Position numbers and translations under genes: made by a program. 64,000 nt of DNA from positions 23,126,001 to 23,190,000 of the forward strand of contig NC_043020.1 of assembly GCF_006345805.1 (NCBI RefSeq), written 5' to 3'. This DNA comes from Octopus sinensis (Eukaryota). The notes below the pieces were generated by a model. The model saw only the letters and a program-made list of their open reading frames with translations, did no database searches and was not told where the DNA came from. This document shows, in pieces, positions 53,224-64,000 of this stretch. Each line of letters begins with the position of its first letter. The stretch's first letter is position 1.

Positions 53224-53781
53224 TGATTAATATAGATAACCTCCTTGAATTTTAATAATATAATCCCATTTATATATCACCGCCATAGTCAATTTTTATA
53301 CTCTTAAAGGACTACTACCCAATCAATGGAGGTATGTTTTACCTTTGTCTCTCTACCTCCCCCTCCTCTCTCTCTCTCTTTCCCTCTCTCTATCGTAAGC
53401 ACAATCAAACACACAGACACAAACTTGTCACTTCACCACTGTCTGTTTTTGGCACCTACCCAACCACACACACAATCACGCACACACATACGCACACATA
53501 GACATTAATGCAGTTATATACATACACACACATAGACACTCATTCACAAAAGAAAACATCAAAATCACAATTCTTATGATCTGCACCCTATCACCTTCCT
53601 ATTCTTAGAACTACCTCCTCCAACCTTGTTTGAACCTTTGAACCTTCTAGAATCTTCTACATTCAACCATTTTTGACGTCACTGCTTATAACGGAATATT
53701 TTAAAGAAACACTCATTATCGCTATGGGCTCCGTGTGGGCAGTCATCTAACAATTTTTGTGCATCTTGATGCTGACATAAG

Positions 53782-53880
53782 TTCCTTGTTTTTCCTGATG
53801 AGAAGGCGGCATAATGCACCCCTTATTCCTTCAAAATTAGGAATATGCAGCCTTCGAAACATATGTCAAACATAAAGGAA
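53782..53880 (+). ncRNA. Type I hammerhead ribozyme in the 3' region of the Penelope-like element
   Basis: TTCCTT GTTT ttc CTGATGA GAAGGC..TATTCCT..AGGAATA..GCCTTC GAA ACATATGT C^AAAC at AAAGGAA. Confidence 0.75.
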
Positions 53881-54949
53881 TTTTGTTAATTCGTCGTTCT
53901 ACTCCATTCTTTCATTTATTTGTGTTTAAAAAAACTAACAAATTTCACACGATAGCACGTGACCTCTGCCCTAGGCATGTAGCTTCAACCATGTTTCTCT
54001 GACGTGAATTTGCTACCCAGGTATCGGTTAACCGACTTATCCATAATAAGATAATTCATTCAACTACTCAATTATTCATATATATATATATATATTTGTA
54101 GTCTACTATAAAAGCCTGGTATCTTCCATCCTCGCTTTATATTATATATATATATATATATATCATGGTGAAATAAGATGTAAGATGTGATTTTAAGAAA
54201 ACAATTTGGCTGAGAACATCTTGTAAAGATGAATGATGTTTGTTATGACTGACTGACGATGAGGTTGTGGTAGTGTAATGAAAGAGAATTACATAATGTT
54301 ATACAATAATGGCAAAGATTGAATGAAATATTTTTAATTCTAGAACAGAGAGGACATTTGAAGAAAGTCGTGGCATAAATTAATGAGAAAAGGATAAGGA
54401 AGGAGTATTTGTGAGCGAAAGTTGTTTATAACGAAATAGCTGTAAAAGTTTTCATAATAGCTTTTGAGAAACTTAATGTTGTGATAGAGACATGGAAAGA
54501 AAATTAGTGAAGCGCGAACGTAAGGTGAAAAACAAAAGCTGGTTCTCTTAGATTCGTGATGGAAAAGAAAACGTCAATAAAAACTGCTGAGTTGGTATTC
54601 AGTGACAAGTTTATAGTGGAACTATTTGAACAATGGGAAACACTCGAGTAAGTCAGATATTTACAAGGTTTTGATTATGTGTGTGTGCGTGTGTCTATGC
54701 ATTATATGCACGTGCGTATACACGCACACACATACATGTATATATATATAAACATATGGTGTTCAAACAAAATTTAATGATTTTTTAAAACCACTTTTTT
54801 TTTCAGAAACAGCTTGGTATATTGTGAACAGTCAACGGCGTTGAAGAGCATAAATATTAACGTTGTTGTTGAGTAAAAGTTAGCTGACATAGTAAACTGG
54901 AAGCCCTTTTCAATATTGGAAAAAAGAGTTGCCTATGCCATGGTGATTC

Positions 54950-55230
54950 GCACCGGATGTCAAAATGCCAACACCGGTGAGCAATGTCAAAGGCTGTAAG
55001 ACGTGGTATGGACAGCTGCAAAAGAGACTACGAAGCCGCAACCAGCAAGAATGGACACAGCGGGGCGTTTTGACTGAGTCCGAACAGTGAAATGCATCTC
55101 CACGTCTTTGAACGGAGCATCAGGCTCAATTTAAACGGCCATGTGAAGATTTTGGGGACTGCAGTCAATCCCCGGCTAGCGAGGGTTGCTGTTAGAAAGA
55201 CAATGCAGGGTAGCAAAAAAAAAAAAAGAA
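54950..55230 (+). mobile_element. Possible LINE 3' end (R2/Hero-like 3'UTR) with poly(A)
   Basis: CAATCCCCGGCTAGCGAGGGT..GAAAGAC then (A)13; clade is a recollection-based inference. Confidence 0.35.
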
Positions 55231-55244
55231 AACGTAGACAAAAT

Positions 55245-55690
55245 AGGCGCAGGAGTGGCTGTGTGGTAAGTAGCTTGCTAACCAACCACATGGTTCCGGG
55301 TTCAGTCCCACCGCGTGGCATCTTCGGCAAGTGTCTTCTGCTATAGCCCCGGGCCGACCAATGCCTTGTGAGTGGATTTGGTAGACGGAAACTGAAAGAA
55401 GCCTGTCGTATATATGTATATATATATATATATGTATATGTGTGTGCATGTGTTTGTGTGTCTGTGTTTGTCTCCCTAGCATTGCTTGACAACCGATGCT
55501 GGTGTGTTTATGTCCCCGTCACCTAGCGGTTCGGCAAAAGAGACCGATAGAACAAGTACTGGGATTACAATAGAACAAGTACTGGGCTTACAAAAGAATA
55601 AGTCCCGGGTTCGATTTGCTCGACTAAAGGCGGTGCTCCAGCATGGGCGCAATCAAATGACTGAAACAAAGTAAAAGAGTAAAAAAGAGT
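55245..55690 (+). mobile_element. SINE family A, full length
   Basis: Includes an internal ~20-bp duplication ATAGAACAAGTACTGGG. Confidence 0.9.
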
Positions 55691-56373
55691 AAAATGAGAA
55701 ACGAGAACATAAAAAAACAAAAACATAGAAAACGAACTGTTTTCGAACAACCAAAGAAACAAACAGAGAAACATTCAAACTTCCACCTGTCTCCTAATTC
55801 ATAATGCTCAATTTATATGTTTTGATCCTGTTAATTTGTCAATGTTGAACACATTTTTATTTGTCACATTGAAACTTTTAAAGATGTTTTGCTAATTCAT
55901 AACTTTTAACTTTTACCAGTGATAAACAAAAAAATATTGTTGAATCTAGTTTGGTATATATGTAAATAAATTTATTTTTAACATTTACGAATTTTTGAAA
56001 TTTAGGTGCATTTTTCAACAACTCATTTCGCTATATTTTTTCCTGCCTGGAAACACCCCTTCTTTTATTATATATATATATATATATATACGTATGTATG
56101 TATATAATGCTGCGAGGGACTGGCGTCCCGTCCAGCTGGGGAACACATACCGTTTAAGTCTCTTACCTTATTATTATTATTATTATTATTATTAACTTCT
56201 TATAATCATCAATAATAATGGCCTTTTTGACTAGTTATACTCTAAATGTATATATTTGTCACTACCTGTCATAAATAGCCTTTTTATATCTACAATATGC
56301 ATTTTCGTTGATTTTTCAACTTTTACTCTTATATTTCCACGTGTATTTTATATTTTTTTTCAAAACATATTTC

Positions 56374-56417
<44 letters not shown>

Positions 56418-56459
56418 TATATATACACTGTATAAAGGATCTTGGGTCAGGCCAGAACA

Positions 56460-57260
56460 ATGCGAAGTAAATGGAAAGGCAAATCACAAGAAAACAAATA
56501 TATAAATTGGTGTAGACTTACCTTGTATTCAATATTTCGGGGGTTATGACCCCATGTTCAAGAAATTAACGAATGTTGCCGATGTGCGTGTGTGTGTGAG
56601 CGTGTGTGGAGTGGACATGCGCGGAAAGGTGTTGCTATAGCAACAAGCTAGCTTCCAGAAACTCTCTTCTGTTGTTGATCATAGGTTTCTTTCGGTGTAC
56701 GAAGATGGCCTCAGAGATTCTAATGTTGCCCCTGTTCCGCTGTGTTACCTTGGCGTGCACTGTGAAATCCCGGGTCTGGTGCTTCTGTAGATGTTTCTTC
56801 ACGGAAGTATCTTCCTGCATGTGTTCTTTAATGCGCATGCGCAGTTTTCTTGTGCTTCCTATGTAGGATGCGCCACATTTTCCACAGATGAAATTGTATA
56901 CAAAATAGGCCCTCTGGCACAATTCAGAGTCATTGATGGGGCAGTTCGATAATGTGCACTCCTCGGAGTAGCGAGAGGCGTTGTTCTTGGACAGAGCTTT
57001 TCTCAGGGAAGGGCCGATGTGCACTATATGTATGTCGAGTACTTTCCTGCGGACAACGTGTTGCATTGCTTCAGCAGTTCTGTCGTCAAAGTGTGGTAGC
57101 TTTAGGAAGCACGTGTCGGACTTGGGCGTATGTTGGTCGTTCCGGGATTTATTGATCCTGGTGTTCTTTAAGCGCCATTGTTTAGCTAAAGATGGTGGGT
57201 AGCCAGTCAAGGTTAGATCTCTGAGGAACTGCTTGGTGTTGACGGCTTTTGTCGGTCACG
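56460..57260 (-). mobile_element. Penelope-like element 3' fragment with GIY-YIG domain
   Basis: ORF 56635-57210: TGYPP..VYNFICGKCGASYIGSTRKLRMRIKEH..SEAIFVHRKKPMIN. Confidence 0.9.
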
Positions 57261-57274
57261 TTGCTGCAATTGTT

Positions 57275-57640
57275 GCGTGGCACCTTGGGCAAGTGTCTTC
57301 TACTATAGCCTATGGCAGATCGAAACCTTGTGAGTGGATTTGGTAGACGGAAACTGAAAGAAGTCCGTCGTATATGTGTGTGCGTGTGTGTGTGTGTGTG
57401 TATGTGTACGTGTGTGTGTGTACGTGTGTGTGTACGTATGCGTGTGTTTGTCCCCACCCTCAACGTATCTTGGCAACCGGTGCTGAAGTGTTTACGTCCC
57501 TGTAAAGTAGCGGTCCGGCAAATGGGACCGATAGAATAAGTACTAGGGTTACAAAGCATAAGCCCTGGGGTCGATTTGTTCTCGACTAAAGGCAGTGCTC
57601 CAGCATGGTCGAAGTCAAATGACTGAAACAAGTAAAAGAA
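57275..57640 (+). mobile_element. SINE family A lacking the tRNA head
   Basis: Starts at GCGTGGCACCTTGGG; joined head-to-head with the Penelope fragment. Confidence 0.85.
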
Positions 57641-57677
57641 TATGCATACATACCTAGACGCATTCATATAAATTAAT

Positions 57678-57712
<35 letters not shown>

Positions 57713-58369
57713 TGTGTGTGTGTAAAAAATATTAAAATATTTTTTATGCAGGAAGGAAATGTATACATGGGAAGTTTTCGTAGCAGAAGTACTTGTAAAT
57801 TCTTATCGCGTGTGTGTGCAAAAAACCTGACCAATTTATGCAGAAACGGACACTAAAGATTAATTTTTTGATTACAACATTAGTTCACGTAGTTAACCTT
57901 ATGTACATCATCTTTCTTTGTAAGCACTGATTGCAAATGATGTGAGCAAGAACATACGCACACGATTTCTAGGAAAAGCTTGTTTGGCAGGTCCTCCCAA
58001 CTTGGTGTGATAAGGGAATTAATGTTCTGTTTGACAGGCAGCAATTTGATGGTTATAGGAAAAAGAAAAGAAAATGTTCGTTGGGTGATGAATCTTACAG
58101 GATTGTCGCTCGAGGGTGAAAAGGGTTGGAGGAGAGGAGGATAATTAATTAGGGGCCGAAAAAAATGAGCGTTGGCAGATGGATACAGTATGAGTGAGAA
58201 GTGGAAAATAAACGAGAGATTTATGAGTGTTTGATTGGATGTCAGATAAGATTAACTAAATCCGTGAAGAATGATACACTATGGTAAGGAGTGGAAGATA
58301 TAGAGGCCCGTGAATAAGAGTTTGGGTTGTGTGGGTCAAAAACGAGAAGAAATAGCGGTTTCAAGTTTG

Positions 58370-58560
58370 GCACAAGGTCAGTATTTTGGGGGGAGAAAAT
58401 CGATTCCCTCAACCCCAGTACTCAAGTGGTGCTTATTCTACCGATACCGAAAGGATGAAAGGTAATGTTGACCTCGGTGGAATTTGAACTCAGAACGTGA
58501 AGATGTGCGAAATGCAGCTAAGGATTTTGCCTGGAGTATTAACGATTCTTCCAGCTTATG
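58370..58560 (-). mobile_element. Decayed SINE family B
   Basis: GAAAGGATGAAAGG..GACCTCGGTGGAATTTGAACTCAGAAC. Confidence 0.7.
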
Positions 58561-58773
58561 ATGAACAGAAATATTGAAATATCAGTATGAAAAACATTGT
58601 TACATTATAACTGATGAATTTGGTACTTTAAAAAATGAAATTACGCGCTTAGGATCATTGAGGTGGTCATGGGAGTCTGACTTTTCTTTGAAATGTTTGC
58701 TGTTTAAATACATTTTTGAATTTCGTTTTTGGATTTGGTTTGCAAGATTCTTTATGAGTTCGTGTATTGAGGC

Positions 58774-58993
58774 ATATTCTGTTGTGTCTGGGGAGAGTAA
58801 TTTTCTTTTTGTGCCTTATCATTTAACACACTCACCGGTAAAATTTCCACTTTTTTCTTATTTTTATTGTCCTAAAATTTTCGTTGTGTCTAGCAACCTT
58901 TTCAGTAGTTTTGACTCTCTAGTTTTTACCGGTGAGTGTGTTAAATAATAAGACACAAAAAGAAAATGACTCTCCCCAGACACAACAGAATAT
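58774..58993. repeat. MITE-like inverted repeat, ~70-bp arms
   Basis: Arms 58774-58843 and 58924-58993 with about 4 mismatches. Confidence 0.8.
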
Positions 58994-59409
58994 ATTTTTG
59001 AAATTTTATTTTAAAATTGGGAAAAAAATGCTTTTCTGTAGGTTTTTTTTAATTAACAATAAAAATACCTGTGAACTACACATCCAGAAAACGGCTGCTC
59101 CAGTTCACGTTTTCGTTTTCATTTTTGAGTCCCGTGTGAATATTTCAAAAACCTTAAATATCATACAAGAAAAGTCACGCTAGTAAGTTCAGTTTTAATT
59201 ACTTATCTATTGTAGTTGTTGTTATGTTTGAGCTCCCACAGGCCGGCCGTATTCGAGAAGATCTTTAATCAAATATTTCCCAGCCTTTGATCAAAGATAT
59301 GTTAGTTTTATTCTGTTTTTCTGCATGTGGTACAACATTGTAGACTGTACCCTTTCTTTTTTCTTAGGGCGGTAAGGGTGTGTTCTAAACGAGATTGCGG
59401 TGATAATTT

Positions 59410-60010
59410 TATTGTCGTGTTAGTCTAACCCACAATTAGTCATGATCACTTGGCACTCAGATCAAACGCCTTCCAACACGACTTCTCCGTCCATACTTAC
59501 TTTTCTACTTAAGCTCACCCCACTCAATGGAGCGTAGATCATCAACGATTTTTCTTCACTATTCACCTATCTGGACTGTCTTTTCTGTTTCTCTCGGTTG
59601 GATTCTTGCTTTTCCCTACAGTTTCATTTTGGATTTTTCTGCACTGCGTCAGATATTTCCTCGAGGATAGGGCTTTCGCTACCACGTTTAGTTGGTTTTG
59701 AATTATCATCGCTGCTCCCATAACTTCAGTTATTCTTAGACAGTAATGTTGGCTCTATACAAACGCATTTTTAGTGCCGGGATGAAGTCGCCTGTATTAG
59801 TCTGGCCTCCGTCTTTTGATCTGTCCAGCATGAAAGGTAGACCTTACAAGGTGCTTGCACTCTGCTAGCACAGCTCTTGCGATCATTGAAGCAGACAATT
59901 CAAAAAGACGCGACAAGGATTTGACCTTGTGATGGCCACTCCGTTCATATCTTTCCTATTTTTAAAAAATATAATACCGTATCCAGTCATATTAAATTCT
60001 TCCACGAAGA
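59410..60010 (-). mobile_element. Possible highly degenerate RTE-like LINE 3' fragment
   Basis: Scattered residues (KMRLYRA.., DDLRSI); many stops. Confidence 0.3.
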
Positions 60011-60084
60011 AAATTTTAGGACAGTATTAGGCTACTTGAAGGAGATTTGACTGCTAATTCGCACACGTAATATTTTATCGAGGA

Positions 60085-60710
60085 CTAAGGCAGCGAGCTG
60101 GTAGAATCGTTAGCACGTCGAACAAAATGCTTAGCGAAATTTCGTCCGTCTTTACGTTCTGAATTAAGATTCCATCGAGGTCGACTTTGCCTTTCATCCG
60201 TTTGGGGTCGATAAAATAAGTACCAGTTGAGTTCTGGGGTCGATCTAATCGACTTACCCATTCCCCTAAAATTGCTGGCCTTGTGCCAAGATTTGAAACC
60301 ATTATTAAGGCGGCGAGCTGACAGAATTATTAGCAAGCCGGGATGATGCTTAATAGTATTTTGCCCGTAGCTACGTTATTGAGTTAAAATTCCGCCGAGG
60401 TCTACCGTTTATTCTTTCGGGATCAATAAATTAAGTTCCAATCAATGTTTTCAACTAGTCCCCTTCCACAGAAATTCAGGCCTTGTGCCTTTAATAGAAA
60501 GGATTATGAAGGCGGTGAGCTGGCAGAATCGTTAGCAAGTCGAGAAAATGTTTTGCAGCATTTCGTCCGTCTTTATATTCTGAGTTCAAATTCTGTCGAG
60601 GTCGACTTTGCTTTATCCCTTTTCGGAGTCGTTAAAATAAGTACTAGTCGAGAACTGGGGCTGATGTTATCGACTTAACCCTTCTCTCGAAATTGCTGGC
60701 CTTGTGTCAA
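60085..60710 (+). mobile_element. Three consecutive SINE family B copies
   Basis: Heads at ~60088, ~60308 and ~60510. Confidence 0.8.
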
Positions 60711-61319
60711 AGCCAAAATTTAAAACCATTATTTTACCGAGGACAAGTTCCTCAGAGTGTCCTACATTTTCAAGATCACAGAATATCTATCAGAAATTTT
60801 TGCAGATTTATGGTTGCTTTTTCGCGTAGGCCGATCGCTCACGTAAAGTATTCCGTTTTTTCCTTTTTTCACAAGTTATTTCCGTTATATTTACAAACAA
60901 AAGCGAAAGCTATGAAATGCTCTGTCACGGAATATAATTCCTTCTTGAAACCGGTCTTTTATTTAGAATCGAAACGGAGTCAATAGACCGTTCGAAGGTT
61001 TCGTATTTGTGATCCACTTCAAGTCTATAATGAAATTCAGTTTATCTTCAAATCCTTTACACAGTTTTAGTCAATTTTGGAGAGCAAGCATTCCAGATAT
61101 ATGAGTGCTCTGGTACTGGTCCTTTGTTAAAGGAAATCAATTTTCCAATATTAGATTTCAAAATTCTACATCTCTTGAACTCTATGAGAACTGTGAGTAC
61201 AACAACTTTCAGCATAGTTACGTAAGAATACGACCCGAAAGATGACAAGGAAAACAAAAATGTCTTTAAGATGAATCTATATATTTTCGTTTACATTATT
61301 CTGAATCAAAAGTATTGAA

Positions 61320-61350
<31 letters not shown>

Positions 61351-61409
61351 TAATATATATATATTATATATATATATTATATATATATATATATAAATTT
61401 ATATATAGA

Positions 61410-61750
61410 GGGCATTATACATACATGCCAGAGAGCATTATACATACATGCCACACGCTAAGAGGGACAATTAGTCATTTCTATCAGAAATATTACTAAT
61501 CCCACCGAATGCAATTTTTCAAAATAAGACATTTAAAAAATATAGACCTGTATCACAGTGATTTCATACTTACGTATTCATCAGCAGGCCTGAATGTATC
61601 ATAAATAAACGACCCTGCCCCGTTTAAGCCGATCAGCTAACTGATCAACATCAACGAAGCACATGGGTGAGTTTACATATATTACATCCTGTAAATGGCA
61701 TACTTTTACGAATTGCATTTCGGGAGAGGAAAAGTTTTTTCGGAATAAAA
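61410..61750 (-). mobile_element. Solo pLTR-like element family 4 between (TA)n tracts
   Basis: Contains a canonical HHR; downstream motifs shared with 28160-28470. Confidence 0.6.
61544..61591 (-). ncRNA. Canonical type I hammerhead ribozyme
   Basis: AGGCCTG CTGATGA ATAC gtaa GTAT GAA ATCAC t GTGAT A^CAGGTCT. Confidence 0.85.
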
Positions 61751-61802
61751 ATTTAGCAATTAAGGACAACTACTTAATTAAGTAGTTGTCCTTAATTGCT
61801 AA

Positions 61803-61806
<4 letters not shown>
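61749..61806. repeat. Perfect 58-bp palindrome with no spacer
   Basis: AAATTTAGCAATTAAGGACAACTACTTAA|TTAAGTAGTTGTCCTTAATTGCTAAATTT. Confidence 0.95.
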
Positions 61807-61851
<45 letters not shown>

Positions 61852-61891
61852 ATATGTATGTATGTATATGTATATATATATATGTATATGA

Positions 61892-61924
<33 letters not shown>

Positions 61925-61974
61925 TACACATACATGCATACATACGTACATACATACATACACACACATATATG

Positions 61975-62043
<69 letters not shown>

Positions 62044-62519
62044 CACATATGTATACACATACGCGCGCGCATGTGTGTGTGTGTGTGTGCGCGCGTGCGC
62101 GCGTGCAGGAATTCAGTTGTCATTGCGTGTTTAGATTTTCAATAATCCTTATAGATATCCAGGAAATTTACACAAATGTTTTATAGAACCTGAATCTCCG
62201 TTTTATTTGTCGGTAGATAGGCAGAATCGTAAGAGCATCGAGAAATATAAAAATTAGGAATGAAAAATTAAAAAAAAGGAAAGAAACATTTGCAGTATTT
62301 CTTCTGACTCTTTACGTTCTGAGTTCAAATACTGCTGGGTGTCAACTTTGCCTTTCATCCTTTCGGGATTAATAAAATAGAGTATTCTTTTCTACTCTAG
62401 ACATTTTTGGGGAGAGGCCAGTCGATTAGATCGATTAGTTCGACCCCAGTACGGATGAAAGGCAAAGTCGACCTCGGCGGAATTTGAACTTAGAACGCAG
62501 CGGCAGAAGAAATACCAAT

Positions 62520-63330
62520 TTCTTTATTGCCCCTCAACAAAAATATTTAGGACTCCCCCCCCCTACATCCATGATTTCTGGGAGTTGTTCTATAAATTTT
62601 TTGGTCAGTAGTATGAGGTTAAGCGTTTGACCAGTCTAATAGGTATTCTCTGTGACGGTAGCCTGCAGGAGGTTAATATTATCTTCCCTGTTTGCCAGGA
62701 CTGCCGCCATCAAGCACATAGGGTTAACTCCGGGTGGAATTCTTGGTATTCTCACTTTTGATGTTCTCTTTCCCATGTAAATTGGGATTAATATTGTCTT
62801 TCAACTCTAAAGATTTTATAGAATGTTTTTGTGCCGTTTCTGCTTTCTTGAACCTCACCACGATGGTTCCAAACTTCGTCCCTCTGGCTAGATATGTAAT
62901 ATCCTGCCAGGTGGGTTTTAGACTATTTTCAATTTTTTGCTCACATATCTTATATATTTTACGAGCTTTTAAGCAGAATGTCTTAAAAATAATAATTTTC
63001 TTTTTTTCCTCCGTTAATTCTTCTGGTATTTCCACTTTTACTACTCCATCTCGTTCTGTTATCATATCTTTGTATTTTAGTAATTCTTTTTTGTCAGTTG
63101 ACAGCTATCGCGTTCCACTACCAGCTGCTGACGCAAAACTTTTCCTTTCTTCATTTCGGATAGTCTTTTCTTCTGTCTTTCTTTTGGTGTTCGTAACTTT
63201 TCCTCCACAGGTGAAAACCACAAATAGCCTTCGAAAGAAAACTATACAATTTTTTCAACAATAAGTCCAACAATAACCACAAGAGATATAACAATTAACA
63301 GAAACTTACGAACACACTCCAATAATAAAT
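62520..63330 (-). mobile_element. Probable L1/Tx1-type ORF1 5' fragment
   Basis: LARGTKFGTIVVRF..., then in another frame YMGKRTSKVRIPRIPPGV..AAVL; Glu/Lys-rich N-terminus; assignment from memory. Confidence 0.5.
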
Positions 63331-63344
63331 TTTCAATAACAGAC

Positions 63345-63588
63345 GAACAAAATACCTATATTTCTTTACTACCCACAGAGGGCTAAACACAGAAGCGACG
63401 AACAAGGACAGACAAACGGATTAAGTCATATCCACCTCAGTACGTAACTGGTACTTATTTAATCGACCCAGAAAGGATGAAAAGCAAAGTCGACCTCGGT
63501 GGAATTTGAACTCAGAATGCAGCTGCGGACGAAATACCGCTAAGCATTTCGCCCGGCGTGTTAACGTTTCTGCCAGCTCGCCGCCTTG
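63345..63588 (-). mobile_element. SINE family B
   Basis: Head GGCGGCGAGCTGGCAGAAAC; ends at the dimer junction. Confidence 0.85.
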
Positions 63589-64000
63589 GGACCTTGACTA
63601 AATCTCGCCCGCTCCAAGAATGTCGGCTCTTCTCTTTAAATTAGAATGAGAATATTTAATATCATTAAAAGAAGTTTGCTCCTCAACTGCGTTGATTTCG
63701 GTTTGATCTCGCTGCTTCTTAATTTGAGCATTTTTTCCCGTATTTAAGTACATTAACTTAATTACTCTTTGGGTAAAAAATTCGTTTTGCAACCACGTGG
63801 TTCCGAGGTCAGGTTCACTGCATGGCATCTTCCGCAAGTGTGTTATACTATAGCACTGGGTTGAAAAAATATATATATATTTGAAATTTTATACTTATAT
63901 CTCTTTGTCTATTTACCTTTACTGTATATTTTGTATAATGCCTTTACTGATATGTAATGGTGTAATAAAGTATTGATTGGGTATCATCTGATAGTTGATG

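Noticed and set aside
58611-58645. CTGATGA ATTT..AAAT GAAATTA
   Set aside because: No stem I and no viable stem III; expected by chance in AT-rich DNA.

Overview
AT-rich, repeat-saturated eukaryotic DNA with no recognisable intact host gene. The SINE/microsatellite make-up looks like an octopus (coleoid) intergenic or intronic region; the species is an inference. Contents: (TA)n/(TATG)n/(TATC)n/(CA)n microsatellites; two abundant tRNA-derived SINE families (A: CORE-like; B: Meta-domain-like, often multimeric); LINE fragments (CR1-group RT, L1/Tx1, RTE); two Penelope-like GIY-YIG fragments; mariner/Tc1 remnants; non-autonomous Helitrons; many inverted duplications. Most ORF-track entries are translated microsatellites. 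The main hidden signal is a set of hand-folded type I hammerhead ribozymes (HHRs) from at least five sequence families. One HHR occurs in every unit of a non-coding ~600-bp tandem array (38811-40964, minus strand), which resembles a retrozyme or Penelope pLTR concatemer. Others are a textbook HHR at 61544-61591, one downstream of a GIY-YIG ORF, a covarying pair with a palindromic stem III, and a family with a fixed A6-to-U core variant. Nearly all sit in or next to (TA)n tracts. Folds were made by eye and no ribozyme activity has been tested. Boundaries of decayed repeats are approximate.
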